From: Somniosus microcephalus | Lineage: Eukaryota | Length of the DNA: 64,000 bases | NCBI GenBank assembly: GCA_052327205.1 | Contig: CM126205.1 | Span: 201,314,001-201,378,000, forward strand | Reading direction: 5' to 3' | Shown here: positions 63,798-64,000 of the stretch, in pieces | How the letters are laid out: every line of letters begins with the position of its first letter | How positions within the stretch are numbered: position 1 is the stretch's first letter | Made by a program: the position numbers and the translations under genes | Notes under the pieces: generated by a model | What the model saw: the letters and a program-made list of their open reading frames with translations, nothing else | Database searches by the model: none | What the model was told of the DNA's origin: nothing

Positions 63798-64000
63798 GCA
63801 CACAAATGCTTTATGCGTTCATATGAAATTCCTTTGTCTGTTATTTTAATGGAGGCAATAATCCTTCTATTTTAAATGGGGTCTCCCTTAAAGCAGCGGA
63901 CAAAGAAATTTTATGCAAACTTGTTAAGCCGCACAGTAGTATTTGCATCGTGTAATTTCAAGGCCAGAACGCCCCATTAACCTATACCATGTAAAGAGCT

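Overview
This is eukaryotic genomic DNA, most likely from a cartilaginous fish (shark-type CR1, L2, Deu-SINE and Harbinger repertoire; inferred). The window lies inside a minus-strand UNC80 gene (scaffold subunit of the NALCN channel complex). I reconstructed 12 consecutive coding exons from 59715 down to 5562 (2146 nt, about 715 codons), all with GT-AG ends and consistent splice phases; the gene's start and end lie outside the window. The introns are dominated by transposable elements, many of them nested: CR1 LINEs (one full-length, with a tandem-repeat 5' UTR), L2, RTE, a single-ORF LINE with a tRNA-like head, a Penelope-like element, Harbinger deletion derivatives and MITEs, a hAT MITE, a solo LTR and SINEs. 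The most notable observations are: (1) a Penelope element with ~280-bp inverted terminal arms, each carrying a minimal hammerhead ribozyme with a compensatory U3-A8 core; (2) three CR1 copies 5'-truncated at almost the same position; (3) two Harbinger derivatives that keep the Myb/SANT domain but lack the DDE core; (4) a LINE with a tRNA-like head; (5) multi-level insertion stacks. Family names come from motif recognition only; no database searches were run.
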